In this document: positions 7,381 to 16,861 of the stretch, piece after piece
How positions within the stretch are numbered: position 1 is the stretch's first letter
Layout of the letters: each line of letters starts with the position of its first letter
Virus record (IMG/VR): IMGVR_UViG_3300030329_003597
Coordinates: 2,676-66,675 of that record
Reading direction: 5' to 3' (one strand)
DNA: 64,000 nt
From: a virus
Notes under the pieces: model-generated
Told to the model about the DNA's origin: nothing
Database searches by the model: none
Seen by the model: the letters and a program-made list of their open reading frames with translations, nothing else
Program-made: the position numbers and the translations under genes

Positions 7381-7994
7381 TGAAAGCCGTAAAAGCAAAT
7401 AAATATCAAGGGCTTTTAGATATACCTAAAATGGATGCAGGGGGGCAAACGAATCCTGTACATAAAGGTAGCAGAAGTGTAAGTAGAAAAAAGTTAAAAG
7501 AAATTGAAGAGAGGCAGATAGCTCCTATTGAAGCTCTATTAAGACGTATAGCTATGAGGCAGGAACTAAAAGAAGGTGAAAGTGAAGGAGATGCATTTAG
7601 CTCTGAAAGTGTAGATTTTGGTAGCGGATCAGAGGGAGAATCTTGTAGAGAGGTAGATGGAAAGATAGTTTGTGGGGCTTACGGTTACGATCAAGGAGAT
7701 GCAGCAGATTCAGCGGCAGGAGAAGATCGTGAGAAAAAACCTCTTTCTCTTGTGTTAGCGGATTTAATAAAAGAAGGGAGAGATGTAAGACAATCGAGCC
7801 TTAAGAAGAGATTGAAAAAGGTTGGTAAAAGAAGGGAGCTTGATTTAGATCCTTCTAGGTCTGAACAGAAATTAATAAGAAACCCACTTGCTAGGGCTAG
7901 GTATAAATCCTTACAAAGGAGACTAGCTAGATCTGAAGGAAGAGAAAAAGCAGGGGAAGATGGTGGATACCAGGTAATAAAGGCTTCTTTCTAA
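7380..7994 (+). CDS. hypothetical charged protein, putative cargo
   Basis: 204 aa; KMDAGG motif; C-terminal QVIKASF. Confidence 0.7.
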   Translation: MKAVKANKYQGLLDIPKMDAGGQTNPVHKGSRSVSRKKLKEIEERQIAPIEALLRRIAMRQELKEGESEGDAFSSESVDFGSGSEGESCREVDGKIVCGAYGYDQGDAADSAAGEDREKKPLSLVLADLIKEGRDVRQSSLKKRLKKVGKRRELDLDPSRSEQKLIRNPLARARYKSLQRRLARSEGREKAGEDGGYQVIKASF

Positions 7995-8126
7995 TTGAAT
8001 AAATATTACTTTAATCCTATAAGAAAAAGAAAAGATCCAGCAATAGAAGCTGAACGTATAAGACTAAACAAATTAAAAAATGAAACTCGAAGTAATAAGA
8101 TTCAACAAAGGGGAAGATTCAACTAA
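7995..8126 (+). CDS. possible small basic protein, 43 aa, TTG start
   Basis: Hand-translated MNKYYFNPIRKRKDPAIEAERIRL...; overlaps the next gene. Confidence 0.35.
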   Translation: MNKYYFNPIRKRKDPAIEAERIRLNKLKNETRSNKIQQRGRFN

Positions 8127-8604
8127 CGGGATATTATTTGATGTAACAGATGAAAGAAAATTTTTATGCTATACTCTCGAAGATGAGAGCCGTGAAGAAA
8201 AAGTTTACGGAGAGACTTGTATACCTGAAGGAGAGTATAAAGTCAAATTTAGAAATGAAGGCGGATACCACGCCAAATACTCTAAAAGATTTGCTGATAT
8301 ACATATGGGTATGCTTGAAGTGTGTGATGTCCCTAATTTTAAATATATCCTTCTTCATTGTGGTAATACTGATGAGGACACTGCGGGATGTTTATTATTG
8401 GGTGATACGCAAGAAAACAACAACATCAAAAAAAACGGTTTCATCGGCAGGTCGACGCAAGCGTATACAAGGGTCTACCCGAAAATCGCCAAAGCGCTCA
8501 AAGAAAAAGAAGAAGTAACTATTACATATAGAGACTTCTCTGAGTGTTTATTATTAACCCCTCTAGATGTAGCTACATTTGTAGGGGCTTCACAACCGCA
8601 TTAA
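8080..8604 (+). CDS. DUF5675-family protein, candidate cell-wall enzyme
   Basis: Motifs CYTLED, TCIPEGEY, VPNFKYILLHCGNT..DTAGCLLLG. Confidence 0.8.
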   Translation: MKLEVIRFNKGEDSTNGILFDVTDERKFLCYTLEDESREEKVYGETCIPEGEYKVKFRNEGGYHAKYSKRFADIHMGMLEVCDVPNFKYILLHCGNTDEDTAGCLLLGDTQENNNIKKNGFIGRSTQAYTRVYPKIAKALKEKEEVTITYRDFSECLLLTPLDVATFVGASQPH

Positions 8605-8606
8605 TT

Positions 8607-8966
8607 ATGTATACATATAATATAGAAGTTCTTAGAGTTATCGATGGGGACACAATAGATGCTAGTATAGATTTAGGTTTTGACGTAAAAATTAAGAAGC
8701 GTATAAGATTCATGGGTATTAATACTCCAGAGTCTAGAACACGAGATCTTGAAGAAAAGAAACGAGGGTTAGCAGCTAAACAAAGAGTTGCTGAACTTTT
8801 AGATACAGCTACAGAAGTGCAAGTTATATCGCACGGTGTAGGAAAGTTTGGGAGATGTTTAGGGGAAATAGATTTTTGCTGCCCAGATTCTTTAACAATG
8901 AAGAATCTAAATAAACAGCTAATAGAAGAAGGCCACGCTGTAGAGTATCACGGAGGTAAAAGATAA
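8607..8966 (+). CDS. thermonuclease (SNase-like) family protein
   Basis: RVIDGDTID, RIRFMGINTPE, GKFGRCLG motifs; likely true start MYTY at 8607. Confidence 0.85.
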   Translation: MYTYNIEVLRVIDGDTIDASIDLGFDVKIKKRIRFMGINTPESRTRDLEEKKRGLAAKQRVAELLDTATEVQVISHGVGKFGRCLGEIDFCCPDSLTMKNLNKQLIEEGHAVEYHGGKR

Positions 8967-9389
8967 TTACTTCTCTAAATCATTATAAAATCTTTGTACA
9001 AGCAGTCTAGCTTTTTGAGTTATGGCATATCTAACCCTATAGTTATATTTAGTTTCGTCTCTAAATAGATGATCTTCATATGTGTCTGATGGTGTTAATT
9101 TATCAAAGTGCTTGTATATATATCCAGCCTTAACTAAAGGCCATACGTATCTTTTCCCTATATTAGATTTACTGGTTTGAAAGTCTTTACTAGCGTAGTC
9201 TAATGTAAAGAATTGTAAATCGTACCCCCATAGAAGAAACTCAAGCTTAGAAAAGTCCATACCTAACTTTTCAGCATATTCATTCTTGATAACTTTTAAG
9301 TTTTTAAGATAGTTTTTTTTGATGTATATTCTATCTTGTTTAGCGAAGTCTCGAAATAGGCGCTCTTTAGGGATTCTACTTTTAGGCAT
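8967..9389 (-). CDS. putative winged-helix (MarR-like) regulator
   Basis: LEFLLW...PLVKAGYI...YAITQKARLLV pattern; the only convincing reverse gene in the late arm. Confidence 0.6.
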   Translation of the reverse strand: MPKSRIPKERLFRDFAKQDRIYIKKNYLKNLKVIKNEYAEKLGMDFSKLEFLLWGYDLQFFTLDYASKDFQTSKSNIGKRYVWPLVKAGYIYKHFDKLTPSDTYEDHLFRDETKYNYRVRYAITQKARLLVQRFYNDLEK

Positions 9390-9419
9390 TTGTATTAAAT
9401 TTGTATTAAAGCAAAACTA
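9388..9419. promoter_or_regulatory. overlapping divergent control region with a tandem 11-bp repeat
   Basis: ATTTGTATTAA twice (9388-9409); plus-strand TAAATTTG 9396-9403; minus-strand TAGTTTTG 9412-9419. Confidence 0.55.
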
Positions 9420-9736
9420 TGACAAAAGATTTCGAATTCTTACTTCACATGCAAAGGCTTATGTTTGAGGCAGAAGCTCTAGCAATACAATTTGGAGTTA
9501 AGGATAGGTTTTTATCTATTATGGTTGCTGGGTTACTACCTAAAGAAGATGAACTCCTTGATTCTGATACCCCAAGACTTAAAGCGATATATAGCTATAA
9601 TATAGATGATCTTAATGAATTAGATGAAGTACAAGAATTTATATATCACACGTACTACGAACCAGATAAAGAAGAATTAGATCAAAGAGATATAAATAAT
9701 TTATTAGGGGGTACTGGAATAGAATTAGAAGATTAA
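9419..9736 (+). CDS. hypothetical acidic protein
   Basis: 105 aa ORF. Confidence 0.75.
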   Translation: MTKDFEFLLHMQRLMFEAEALAIQFGVKDRFLSIMVAGLLPKEDELLDSDTPRLKAIYSYNIDDLNELDEVQEFIYHTYYEPDKEELDQRDINNLLGGTGIELED

Positions 9737-9741
9737 ATAAA

Positions 9742-9981
9742 ATGGAAGGGATTATTAGAAAAATTATTATCGGGAAAGACCCGAAGGACGCTATGGCGTA
9801 TTATATTGGCATGAGAGCTGGCACGGGAATAGTTAGTACTATAGTGCAGGATGAAGGATATTTGCATAGATATGGTAAAAATAGATATTTAGTATATTTA
9901 GAAGATGCAGATAAATCTCAAACTTTATGGAAAGCTATTGACAATATGCCTTGCATGTTGGAATTTGATTGTAATTTTTAA
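9742..9981 (+). CDS. hypothetical phage protein (IRKIIIGKDPKDAMAY motif)
   Basis: 79 aa; packed in the operon upstream of GroES-like and terminase. Confidence 0.8.
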   Translation: MEGIIRKIIIGKDPKDAMAYYIGMRAGTGIVSTIVQDEGYLHRYGKNRYLVYLEDADKSQTLWKAIDNMPCMLEFDCNF

Positions 9982-10259
9982 TGGTTAGAACAGAGCAATA
10001 TACTTCAGGAGGTGAATTTAAACTTCCAGATGGAACTAATTATGTGGGTGCTTATCACGTACATATAACTAAAGGCGCTATGGTGGGAGCCTATCACAAA
10101 GACACTCCTCACGATAGATTAATCCCATTGGATAGACAGTCTGAATTACTTCTTGAATCTATAATAAATCAGTTAAATCTACAGCAATCTACGCCTGCTC
10201 GTAGATCCACAGCTACTAGCAGTAGACCTACAAGAAGGTCAAGTGGCGGCGGTTATTAA
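9981..10259 (+). CDS. hypothetical protein (YVGAYHVH motif)
   Basis: 92 aa; TAATG coupling. Confidence 0.75.
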   Translation: MVRTEQYTSGGEFKLPDGTNYVGAYHVHITKGAMVGAYHKDTPHDRLIPLDRQSELLLESIINQLNLQQSTPARRSTATSSRPTRRSSGGGY

Positions 10260-10263
10260 TAAT

Positions 10264-10407
10264 ATGAAACCTACTAAAAGTAAAGGTCTTGGCGATACAA
10301 TAGCTAAGATTACAAAAGCTACAGGTCTTAATAAATTAGCACCCAAAGATTGTGGGTGTAAAAAACGACAATCTAAATTAAATAAAATATTTCCTTATAA
10401 AAAATGA
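10264..10407 (+). CDS. small basic protein with CGC motif, 47 aa (MKPTKSKGLGDTIAKITKATG...DCGCKKRQSKLNKIFPYKK)
   Basis: Hand-translated; ATGA overlap with 10404. Confidence 0.8.
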   Translation: MKPTKSKGLGDTIAKITKATGLNKLAPKDCGCKKRQSKLNKIFPYKK

Positions 10408-11000
10408 AAACTTTACATTTGTTTGTTGTCGAATTAGAAAAAACGATCAACGACACTATTAAAACCGATTCTGGTTTAGAGCTTTATGTAGACAATAGAT
10501 TTAACGAGTTTGAACATAGAGTTACTGAAGGGCCAGTAGTATGCGCCCCACGTAAATATAATACAGGAGTTAAAGAAGGCGATACTTTGTATTTTCACCA
10601 TTTAGTTGTGATTAATGAGGGTCAAGCATTAACTGGGCATGATAATCATTATTTAATAAAATATGATGATAAGCATACTATAAATAATCAGGCTATCGCA
10701 TATAAATGTCAAGACACTGGAGAAATAAAGCCTTTAGCAGGTTGGTCTTTGTTAAAGCCAGTAGAGCAAGAAGCTGAAGTAGTTTCTGGTATTATAGAAG
10801 TAATAAATACAGAAGATGAAAAGTTACCCACTAGGGGTGAAGTAGCTTTTGATGCGCCCTGGTTAGAAGAGCTGGGTGTAAAAAAGGGGGATATAGTGGG
10901 TTTTAAAAAGAATAGAGATTATCGTATAAAAATAGATGATCAAGAGTATTACCGTACTCGTGCAGAAGATTTAATGTATATAATTGAGGAAAATGTTTGA
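10404..11000 (+). CDS. GroES-like co-chaperonin with two tandem domains
   Basis: Two copies of G.V..P..GVK.GD...F; second begins IKPLAGWSLLKP. Confidence 0.7.
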   Translation: MKTLHLFVVELEKTINDTIKTDSGLELYVDNRFNEFEHRVTEGPVVCAPRKYNTGVKEGDTLYFHHLVVINEGQALTGHDNHYLIKYDDKHTINNQAIAYKCQDTGEIKPLAGWSLLKPVEQEAEVVSGIIEVINTEDEKLPTRGEVAFDAPWLEELGVKKGDIVGFKKNRDYRIKIDDQEYYRTRAEDLMYIIEENV

Positions 11001-11253
11001 TAAAGAAGAATTGTGGTTACATTTAGAGGATTACGGATGCTTACTTGCTGATGGATTTGATGATGCCATTATAGGCGTAACCTTTGGAGTAGAACCAAAA
11101 GCTGTATATAGTATATCAAAATGTTTAGATATACTTTTAGAAGAAGGTATGAGTATGGAAGATGCTATCGAACATCTTGAATACAATGTGGCTGGGAGTC
11201 ATGTAGGAGAAAAAACACCTATATGGGTGTATGATTATCAAGAAGATGAGTAA
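10984..11253 (+). CDS. hypothetical phage protein (LADGFDDAIIG motif)
   Basis: 89 aa; start may be the ATG at 10993. Confidence 0.75.
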   Translation: MRKMFDKEELWLHLEDYGCLLADGFDDAIIGVTFGVEPKAVYSISKCLDILLEEGMSMEDAIEHLEYNVAGSHVGEKTPIWVYDYQEDE

Positions 11254-11530
11254 ATTTACTACTGTATCAGCCTCAGAGCGTCTTATGAAAAGTATGGAGG
11301 TGGCTATTAATAATATGATAGAAGAGGTGAAAAAGCCTGTTGATCCAGAGATCAACGGTAGCGCTAGAAAAGCAGAACTTCAATCTATTAAACAGACAGC
11401 TACTGACTGTAAAGAGCTTATAATAGAAAGACAAAGGTTGGAGCAGATGGTTAAAGATCTTAAAACTAGCGGGCAGATAGACGAAGCTAAAGATTATACT
11501 GGAGGATTTGCTGAAAGGTTTTCTAAATAA
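11231..11530 (+). CDS. possible terminase small subunit
   Basis: Helical 99 aa protein upstream of TerL, ending GFAERFSK; positional inference. Confidence 0.45.
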   Translation: MIIKKMSKFTTVSASERLMKSMEVAINNMIEEVKKPVDPEINGSARKAELQSIKQTATDCKELIIERQRLEQMVKDLKTSGQIDEAKDYTGGFAERFSK

Positions 11531-11877
11531 TGGCTTATAAAAATAAAGAAGATCAAGCTGCAGCCTCTAAACGGCATTATGAGAATAATAAAGAGAAGGT
11601 AAAAGCTAGGTCTAAAAAAAGAAATATTAGACAAAGAGATATAAATAGAAAATACGTAGAGGATATAAAAAAGAAATCCAGCTGTATAGATTGCGGTGAA
11701 TCAAATCATCTTGTTTTAGATTTCGATCATATAGGAGGTGATAAATATAAATGTATATCTAATATGGTTTACGAATCTTACAGTATAGAAACAATACAAA
11801 AAGAAATAGATAAATGTGAAGTTAGATGTTCTAACTGTCATAGAATAATTACATATAATAGAAGAAATGAAAAATAA
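11530..11877 (+). CDS. HNH endonuclease-like protein
   Basis: CIDCG...LDFDH...KCEVRCSNCH. Confidence 0.8.
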   Translation: MAYKNKEDQAAASKRHYENNKEKVKARSKKRNIRQRDINRKYVEDIKKKSSCIDCGESNHLVLDFDHIGGDKYKCISNMVYESYSIETIQKEIDKCEVRCSNCHRIITYNRRNEK

Positions 11878-12100
11878 AATTGGTTATTTATTTGTAGGCT
11901 TATTTTGGTTTTTAATCATAGGTTTACTTACATCTTGCTCTGTGCAGAATCATCATAGACGATCTCAGGCTAATGATTACAGTCAATGCTGGTGTATTGA
12001 TCCATGGGATGGTGGCGCAGAATGGTGTTGTCCTGGAAGAGAACCTAAATATATGTCCCCTTATAAACATAAGAAAGGTTACACTAAAGCATCATTCTAA
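11867..12100 (+). CDS. small Cys-rich lipoprotein
   Basis: Signal peptide with LTS-C lipobox; mature part has CWC and WCC. Confidence 0.65.
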   Translation: MKNKIGYLFVGLFWFLIIGLLTSCSVQNHHRRSQANDYSQCWCIDPWDGGAEWCCPGREPKYMSPYKHKKGYTKASF

Positions 12101-12285
12101 TGGCGGATTATAAGTGTGATTGTAACGACGAAGTTGTAAGCAAGTCAGGCGTTACTATTAAATATATAGAAGGTAAGGGTGCAATTCATGATGTTAAATG
12201 CTCATGTGGCAAATACATGAAATTAGCAAACCCTAAAGTAGGAGCGCCTGGATTTAGGTCAAACAGATTTGGACAAACATATTGA
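12100..12285 (+). CDS. zinc-ribbon protein
   Basis: YKCDC...KCSCGK. Confidence 0.7.
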   Translation: MADYKCDCNDEVVSKSGVTIKYIEGKGAIHDVKCSCGKYMKLANPKVGAPGFRSNRFGQTY

Positions 12286-14402
12286 GTACATTACTAAACA
12301 TAGAGAAATATGAAGACCCTGTTGTTAAAATTTGTCCCAAGGGTACGGAAGGTGAAGTTATCGAACTCGGTGGGCTACTCATTTGTCTTCCGAAAAGGCC
12401 GCCGAAGAAGGAAATTTTCGGACATAAAGAATCAGACTCTATGCAGGTGTGGAAGAGGACACCTATGCCCAAGGAATTGTCTCGTATTAAATCTATGGAT
12501 GAGTGGGCGGAAATGCCAAGGGAGTTTAGAGAAAGGTTTCGTCCATATATCGAAGAAGAGTTTAGGCGTAGGCGTGAGGGTTTTTGGTTTTATAACAACG
12601 GTACACCTACATATATTACGGGGAGGCACTATATGATGCTTCAATGGACCAAGCTAGATATTGGTTATCCATTTTTCCTTAACTTTCAGCGTGAAATATT
12701 TCTACACATGGCTGCATGCGAGTCTGATCCTCGTTGTATCGGTCAGTTATATACTAAGTGTCGCCGTTCTGGGTACACTAATATCTGTAGTTCTGTTCTT
12801 GTGGACGAAGCTACACAGGTTAAAGACAAACTTTTAGGGATACAATCTAAGACTGGTAAAGACGCACAAGAAAATATATTTATGAAGAAGGTTGTCTATA
12901 TGTTTAGACATTATCCATTCTTCTTTAAGCCTATACAAGATGGTACTACTAATCCTCGTATGGAGTTAGCTTTTAGAGAACCATCTAAACGAATAACTAA
13001 AAAGAATAAAACCTCACAAACGGGTGAAGCTCTTAATACGGTTATTAACTGGAAAAACACAACTAATAACGCATACGATGGTGAGAAGCTACACATATTG
13101 TATTTAGATGAAGCAGGAAAATGGGAAAAACCTACAGACATAAGAGACGCATGGAGGATTCAGAGGACTTGTTTGATCGTCGGAAAAAAAATCGTCGGAA
13201 AAGCTCTGGTCGGAAGCACAGTAAATCCAATGGACAAAGGGGGTCAAGAATACAAGAGTCTATGGGAGGATTCGAATCCTTTGGAGAGGAATGCGAATGG
13301 GAGGACTAAAACTGGACTCTATAGATTATTTATTTCTGCAGAAGAGTCTCTAGAAGGATTCTTTGATATATATGGTAATCCTGTTATTAATGATCCTAAA
13401 GAAATTTTAGAAGGAATCGATGGGGATATGATACATTCTGGATCAAGAACATACTTGAAGAATGAGAGATCTGCATTAAAAGATAATGCTTCCGAAATGA
13501 ATGAGGTAATACGCCAATTCCCTTTTACTTCTGATGAAGCATTTAGAGATAGTATAGAAGGCAGCGTCTTTAATATAGGTAAGATATATGAGCAAATAGA
13601 ACATAATGATGAACTATTTCCAAATCCTGTAGTTTCTGGAAACTTTATATGGAAAGGTGGGGAAAAAGATACCGAAGTTATGTTTACTCCAGACCCTAAC
13701 GGTAGATTTAGAGTATCGTGGATGCCTCCTCAGGAGTTAAGAAATAAAAAAGCTTTTAATAGGGGTAAAAGAATTGCGCCTAATACAGATCTAGGATGTG
13801 GAGGCGTTGACTCCTATGATCTTGACGCTACTGTAGACGGAAGAGGATCTAAAGGTGCATTACATCTTTACAATAAATTCCATATGGATCATGCATCTAA
13901 TATGTTTGTTTTAGAGTATGCTTCTAGACCTCCTTTAGCTAAAATATTCTATGAAGATGTATTAATGGCTGCTGTATTTTATGGATACCCTATATTAATT
14001 GAGAACAATAAGTATGGGATTGCAAGATACTTTGAATCAAGAGGTTATGATGGTTATCTAATGGATAGACCTAAACATTTAAAAACTGGAACAGCGAAAG
14101 TGAAAGTTAAGACTAAAGGTATACCATCTAACTCTCAAGATATAATACAAGCTCATGCTCATGTTATAGAAGCTTATATACATAATTATGTAGGGTTAAA
14201 TTCAGAGACAGGTGAAGCTGGAAACATGTATTTTAATAAAACCCTTGAAGATTGGATAGGTTATAAAATAGATAATAGAACTAAGTTTGACCTTACTATT
14301 AGTTCAGGTCTAGCTTTACTTGCAGCACAAAAGGTTAAGAAAAAGAAAATCAGTAACTTTGATGAAAGGAAGTTTTTTAGGCGATACAAAGTCATCGGCT
14401 AA
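12282..14402 (+). CDS. terL: terminase large subunit
   Basis: Walker A-like KCRRSGYT, Walker B LYLDEAGKW, GSTVN coupling motif, nuclease GVDSYD; immediately upstream of portal. Confidence 0.92.
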   Translation: MSTLLNIEKYEDPVVKICPKGTEGEVIELGGLLICLPKRPPKKEIFGHKESDSMQVWKRTPMPKELSRIKSMDEWAEMPREFRERFRPYIEEEFRRRREGFWFYNNGTPTYITGRHYMMLQWTKLDIGYPFFLNFQREIFLHMAACESDPRCIGQLYTKCRRSGYTNICSSVLVDEATQVKDKLLGIQSKTGKDAQENIFMKKVVYMFRHYPFFFKPIQDGTTNPRMELAFREPSKRITKKNKTSQTGEALNTVINWKNTTNNAYDGEKLHILYLDEAGKWEKPTDIRDAWRIQRTCLIVGKKIVGKALVGSTVNPMDKGGQEYKSLWEDSNPLERNANGRTKTGLYRLFISAEESLEGFFDIYGNPVINDPKEILEGIDGDMIHSGSRTYLKNERSALKDNASEMNEVIRQFPFTSDEAFRDSIEGSVFNIGKIYEQIEHNDELFPNPVVSGNFIWKGGEKDTEVMFTPDPNGRFRVSWMPPQELRNKKAFNRGKRIAPNTDLGCGGVDSYDLDATVDGRGSKGALHLYNKFHMDHASNMFVLEYASRPPLAKIFYEDVLMAAVFYGYPILIENNKYGIARYFESRGYDGYLMDRPKHLKTGTAKVKVKTKGIPSNSQDIIQAHAHVIEAYIHNYVGLNSETGEAGNMYFNKTLEDWIGYKIDNRTKFDLTISSGLALLAAQKVKKKKISNFDERKFFRRYKVIG

Positions 14403-14407
14403 TTCCT

Positions 14408-14415
14408 TATATTTG
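14408..14415 (+). promoter_or_regulatory. late promoter -7 box, TATATTTG
   Basis: Intergenic consensus match before portal. Confidence 0.65.
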
Positions 14416-14434
14416 CAAATATATGCTTACATGA

Positions 14435-16861
14435 ATGAAAAATTATAGCGGCTCAAAAAATTTCCCAGATCCATTAACACCTCAAGATAAGAAAGAATCT
14501 AAGGCGTATGGATTGCAATATGCAAAAGCTATTGAATCTCAATGGGGCAGAAAAGCTGATAGTTCATCTCTTTTTTCTAAAAGATATCAAACTTTTACAA
14601 AAAATAAAGAGTATGCTAATGGCGTACAGGATACGAATATATATAAAAGGCTATTAAATAATCTTGATCCAAATACTGGGGATGGGAGTTTAATGAATCT
14701 AGATTTTACTCCTGTACCTATTCTACCAAAATTTGTTCGTATAGTAGTAAATAAAATATTAGGTAGAAACTTATACCCTAATTTAGAAGCTATAGATCCG
14801 TTATCTTCTTCAGAAAAGAATAGAGATAAAAAGCGTATAGAAATACAGGTCGCCTTAAAGAAACAACTTATGGCCTTTAAGGAGAAAACTGGAGCTACAA
14901 TTGGGATGGATCCTGATATAATTCCTGATAATGAAGCTGAAGCAGAAATATTTATTGGGGAGAACGTAAAAAGTGATGCTGAAATATCAGCTCAAATAGC
15001 TACAGATATGACTTTATCTTGGAATAATTTTGAAGATAATGTATTCCGTAGATGTGTAAATGATTTAGCTACTAACGGGATGGCTGTAGTTAAAAGATCT
15101 AATGATCCCAATTATGGTATTAAAACTAATTATGTAGCCCCAGAAGATTTTATACATAGTCAAACTGATGATCCTAGTTTTGACGACATTACTTATGCTG
15201 GTCATATAAAAAGCATGCCTATTCAGGAGTTAAAGAGAATAGCTAGTACAGAATTAGAAGAAGAGGATTTTGCTAAGATTGCAAAAAAAGTCAAGGGTAA
15301 AGATGGTAGTAGTCATAAGTTTGATGACAGATTGGGGAGAAATGTATATGATTACGATGAATACATGGTAGATGTATTAGAGTTTGAGTTCTTATCTACT
15401 GATTGTATGTTCTTTGAAGAAAAAGAAAACAGATTTGGTAACAGAAACTTTTTCTATGAAGGCTTTGGTTATAAAGAAAAGCCTGGTAGCGTTTATGAGA
15501 GAAAACCTCATAAAATGGAAATCGTAAATGTATATAAAGGTTATTATATATTAGGTACAGACTATATGTTTAATTATGGCAGGATGCATAATGTACCTAA
15601 AAATGTTTATGATATTAGTAAAGCTAATTTATCATATTCTGTTATAGCTACAAACTTAACAGACATGATGCCTAAATCTATGGTTAATGGATGTATAGGT
15701 TTTGCAGATATGTTGCAATTAACTCATTTAAAGATTCAACAAGCTATAGCTAAAGCGAAACCAGATGGATTAATTATAGATATAGAGGGGTTAGAAAATG
15801 TTCAATTAGGTAAAGGTGGTGAATTACAGCCTCTTGACCTTCATGATATATATGAGCAAACTGGTGTATTCTATTATAGAAGTAAAAATCCAGAAGGAGG
15901 ATTTCAAAATCCACCAATAAGAGAAATAGGTAATAGCATAAGGAATATTAATGAGCTTATAGGATTGTACAATCATTATTTAAGAATGATTCGTGATGCT
16001 ACAGGAATTAACGAAGTTGTAGATGCAAGTACTCCAAAATCAGAAGCCTTAGTAGGAGTTAGAGAGCAGGCTATAGCGGCATCTAATAATGCTACATATG
16101 ATATCACTAATGCATCTATGATACTATTTAAGAAAGTATGCACTGATGTAGTTAAATGCTTACAGATACTTCCTGAAGAATCTGTTATAATGGAAGTATA
16201 TAAAAATGCTATAGGTAAAACTAATATGGATGTTTTAACTAGCTTTTCTAAACTCCCTATGTATAATTTTGGAGTTCAAGTTCAAAAAGATATGGATGAT
16301 AAAGATCAAGCATATCTAGAACAAAGCATACAAATATCTTTAGGGCAAAAAGAAATAGATCTAGAAGATGCTATGGCTATAAGAGAGCTTAAAGATATAA
16401 ATCAAGCTGAAAGACTTCTTGTTGTTAGAAGAAAAAAGAGGAAGGAAGAACAACAAGCCATGCTTATGCAGCAACAGCAAATGCAAGCTCAGATGGCGCA
16501 ACAACAGCAACAAATGCAGATGCAAATGGAGGGTCAAAAGATGCAAGCTCAGGCACAAATAGAAGCGCAAAAAATGCAACTCGAAGCTCAATTAGAAGCC
16601 CAACTTGCAGCTATGAAGCATGAGTTTAATAAAGAAATAGAAACTATAAGAGCAACTGCTACTCTTGGATTTAAAGAAACTGATGAAGAATTTAAAGAAA
16701 AACTTGAAGTTCTTAAAGAAGATAGAAAAGATGATAGAGTAAAGAAACAAGCTATAGAGCAGTCTAAGCTTATATCTCAAAGGAAGGGGAATAGAACTGA
16801 ACTAAAAGAGGAGCAACAAAATCCAATGAGAAACATTTTAAATATGAACAATGTCCAATAA
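14435..16861 (+). CDS. portal protein, crAss-like
   Basis: 808 aa after TerL; LDFTPVPILPKFV, IRDATGINEV motifs; Gln-rich C-terminal coiled-coil barrel. Confidence 0.9.
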   Translation: MKNYSGSKNFPDPLTPQDKKESKAYGLQYAKAIESQWGRKADSSSLFSKRYQTFTKNKEYANGVQDTNIYKRLLNNLDPNTGDGSLMNLDFTPVPILPKFVRIVVNKILGRNLYPNLEAIDPLSSSEKNRDKKRIEIQVALKKQLMAFKEKTGATIGMDPDIIPDNEAEAEIFIGENVKSDAEISAQIATDMTLSWNNFEDNVFRRCVNDLATNGMAVVKRSNDPNYGIKTNYVAPEDFIHSQTDDPSFDDITYAGHIKSMPIQELKRIASTELEEEDFAKIAKKVKGKDGSSHKFDDRLGRNVYDYDEYMVDVLEFEFLSTDCMFFEEKENRFGNRNFFYEGFGYKEKPGSVYERKPHKMEIVNVYKGYYILGTDYMFNYGRMHNVPKNVYDISKANLSYSVIATNLTDMMPKSMVNGCIGFADMLQLTHLKIQQAIAKAKPDGLIIDIEGLENVQLGKGGELQPLDLHDIYEQTGVFYYRSKNPEGGFQNPPIREIGNSIRNINELIGLYNHYLRMIRDATGINEVVDASTPKSEALVGVREQAIAASNNATYDITNASMILFKKVCTDVVKCLQILPEESVIMEVYKNAIGKTNMDVLTSFSKLPMYNFGVQVQKDMDDKDQAYLEQSIQISLGQKEIDLEDAMAIRELKDINQAERLLVVRRKKRKEEQQAMLMQQQQMQAQMAQQQQQMQMQMEGQKMQAQAQIEAQKMQLEAQLEAQLAAMKHEFNKEIETIRATATLGFKETDEEFKEKLEVLKEDRKDDRVKKQAIEQSKLISQRKGNRTELKEEQQNPMRNILNMNNVQ

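Noticed and set aside
8150-13309. Alternate-frame plus ORFs 8150..8518, 12310..12636 and 13121..13309
   Set aside because: Fully nested in well-supported genes with no recognisable motifs; overprinting is not supported, though not excluded
16440-16620. Gln/Met-rich repeat-like DNA in the portal gene
   Set aside because: Low-complexity coiled-coil coding typical of podovirus portal barrels, not a separate element
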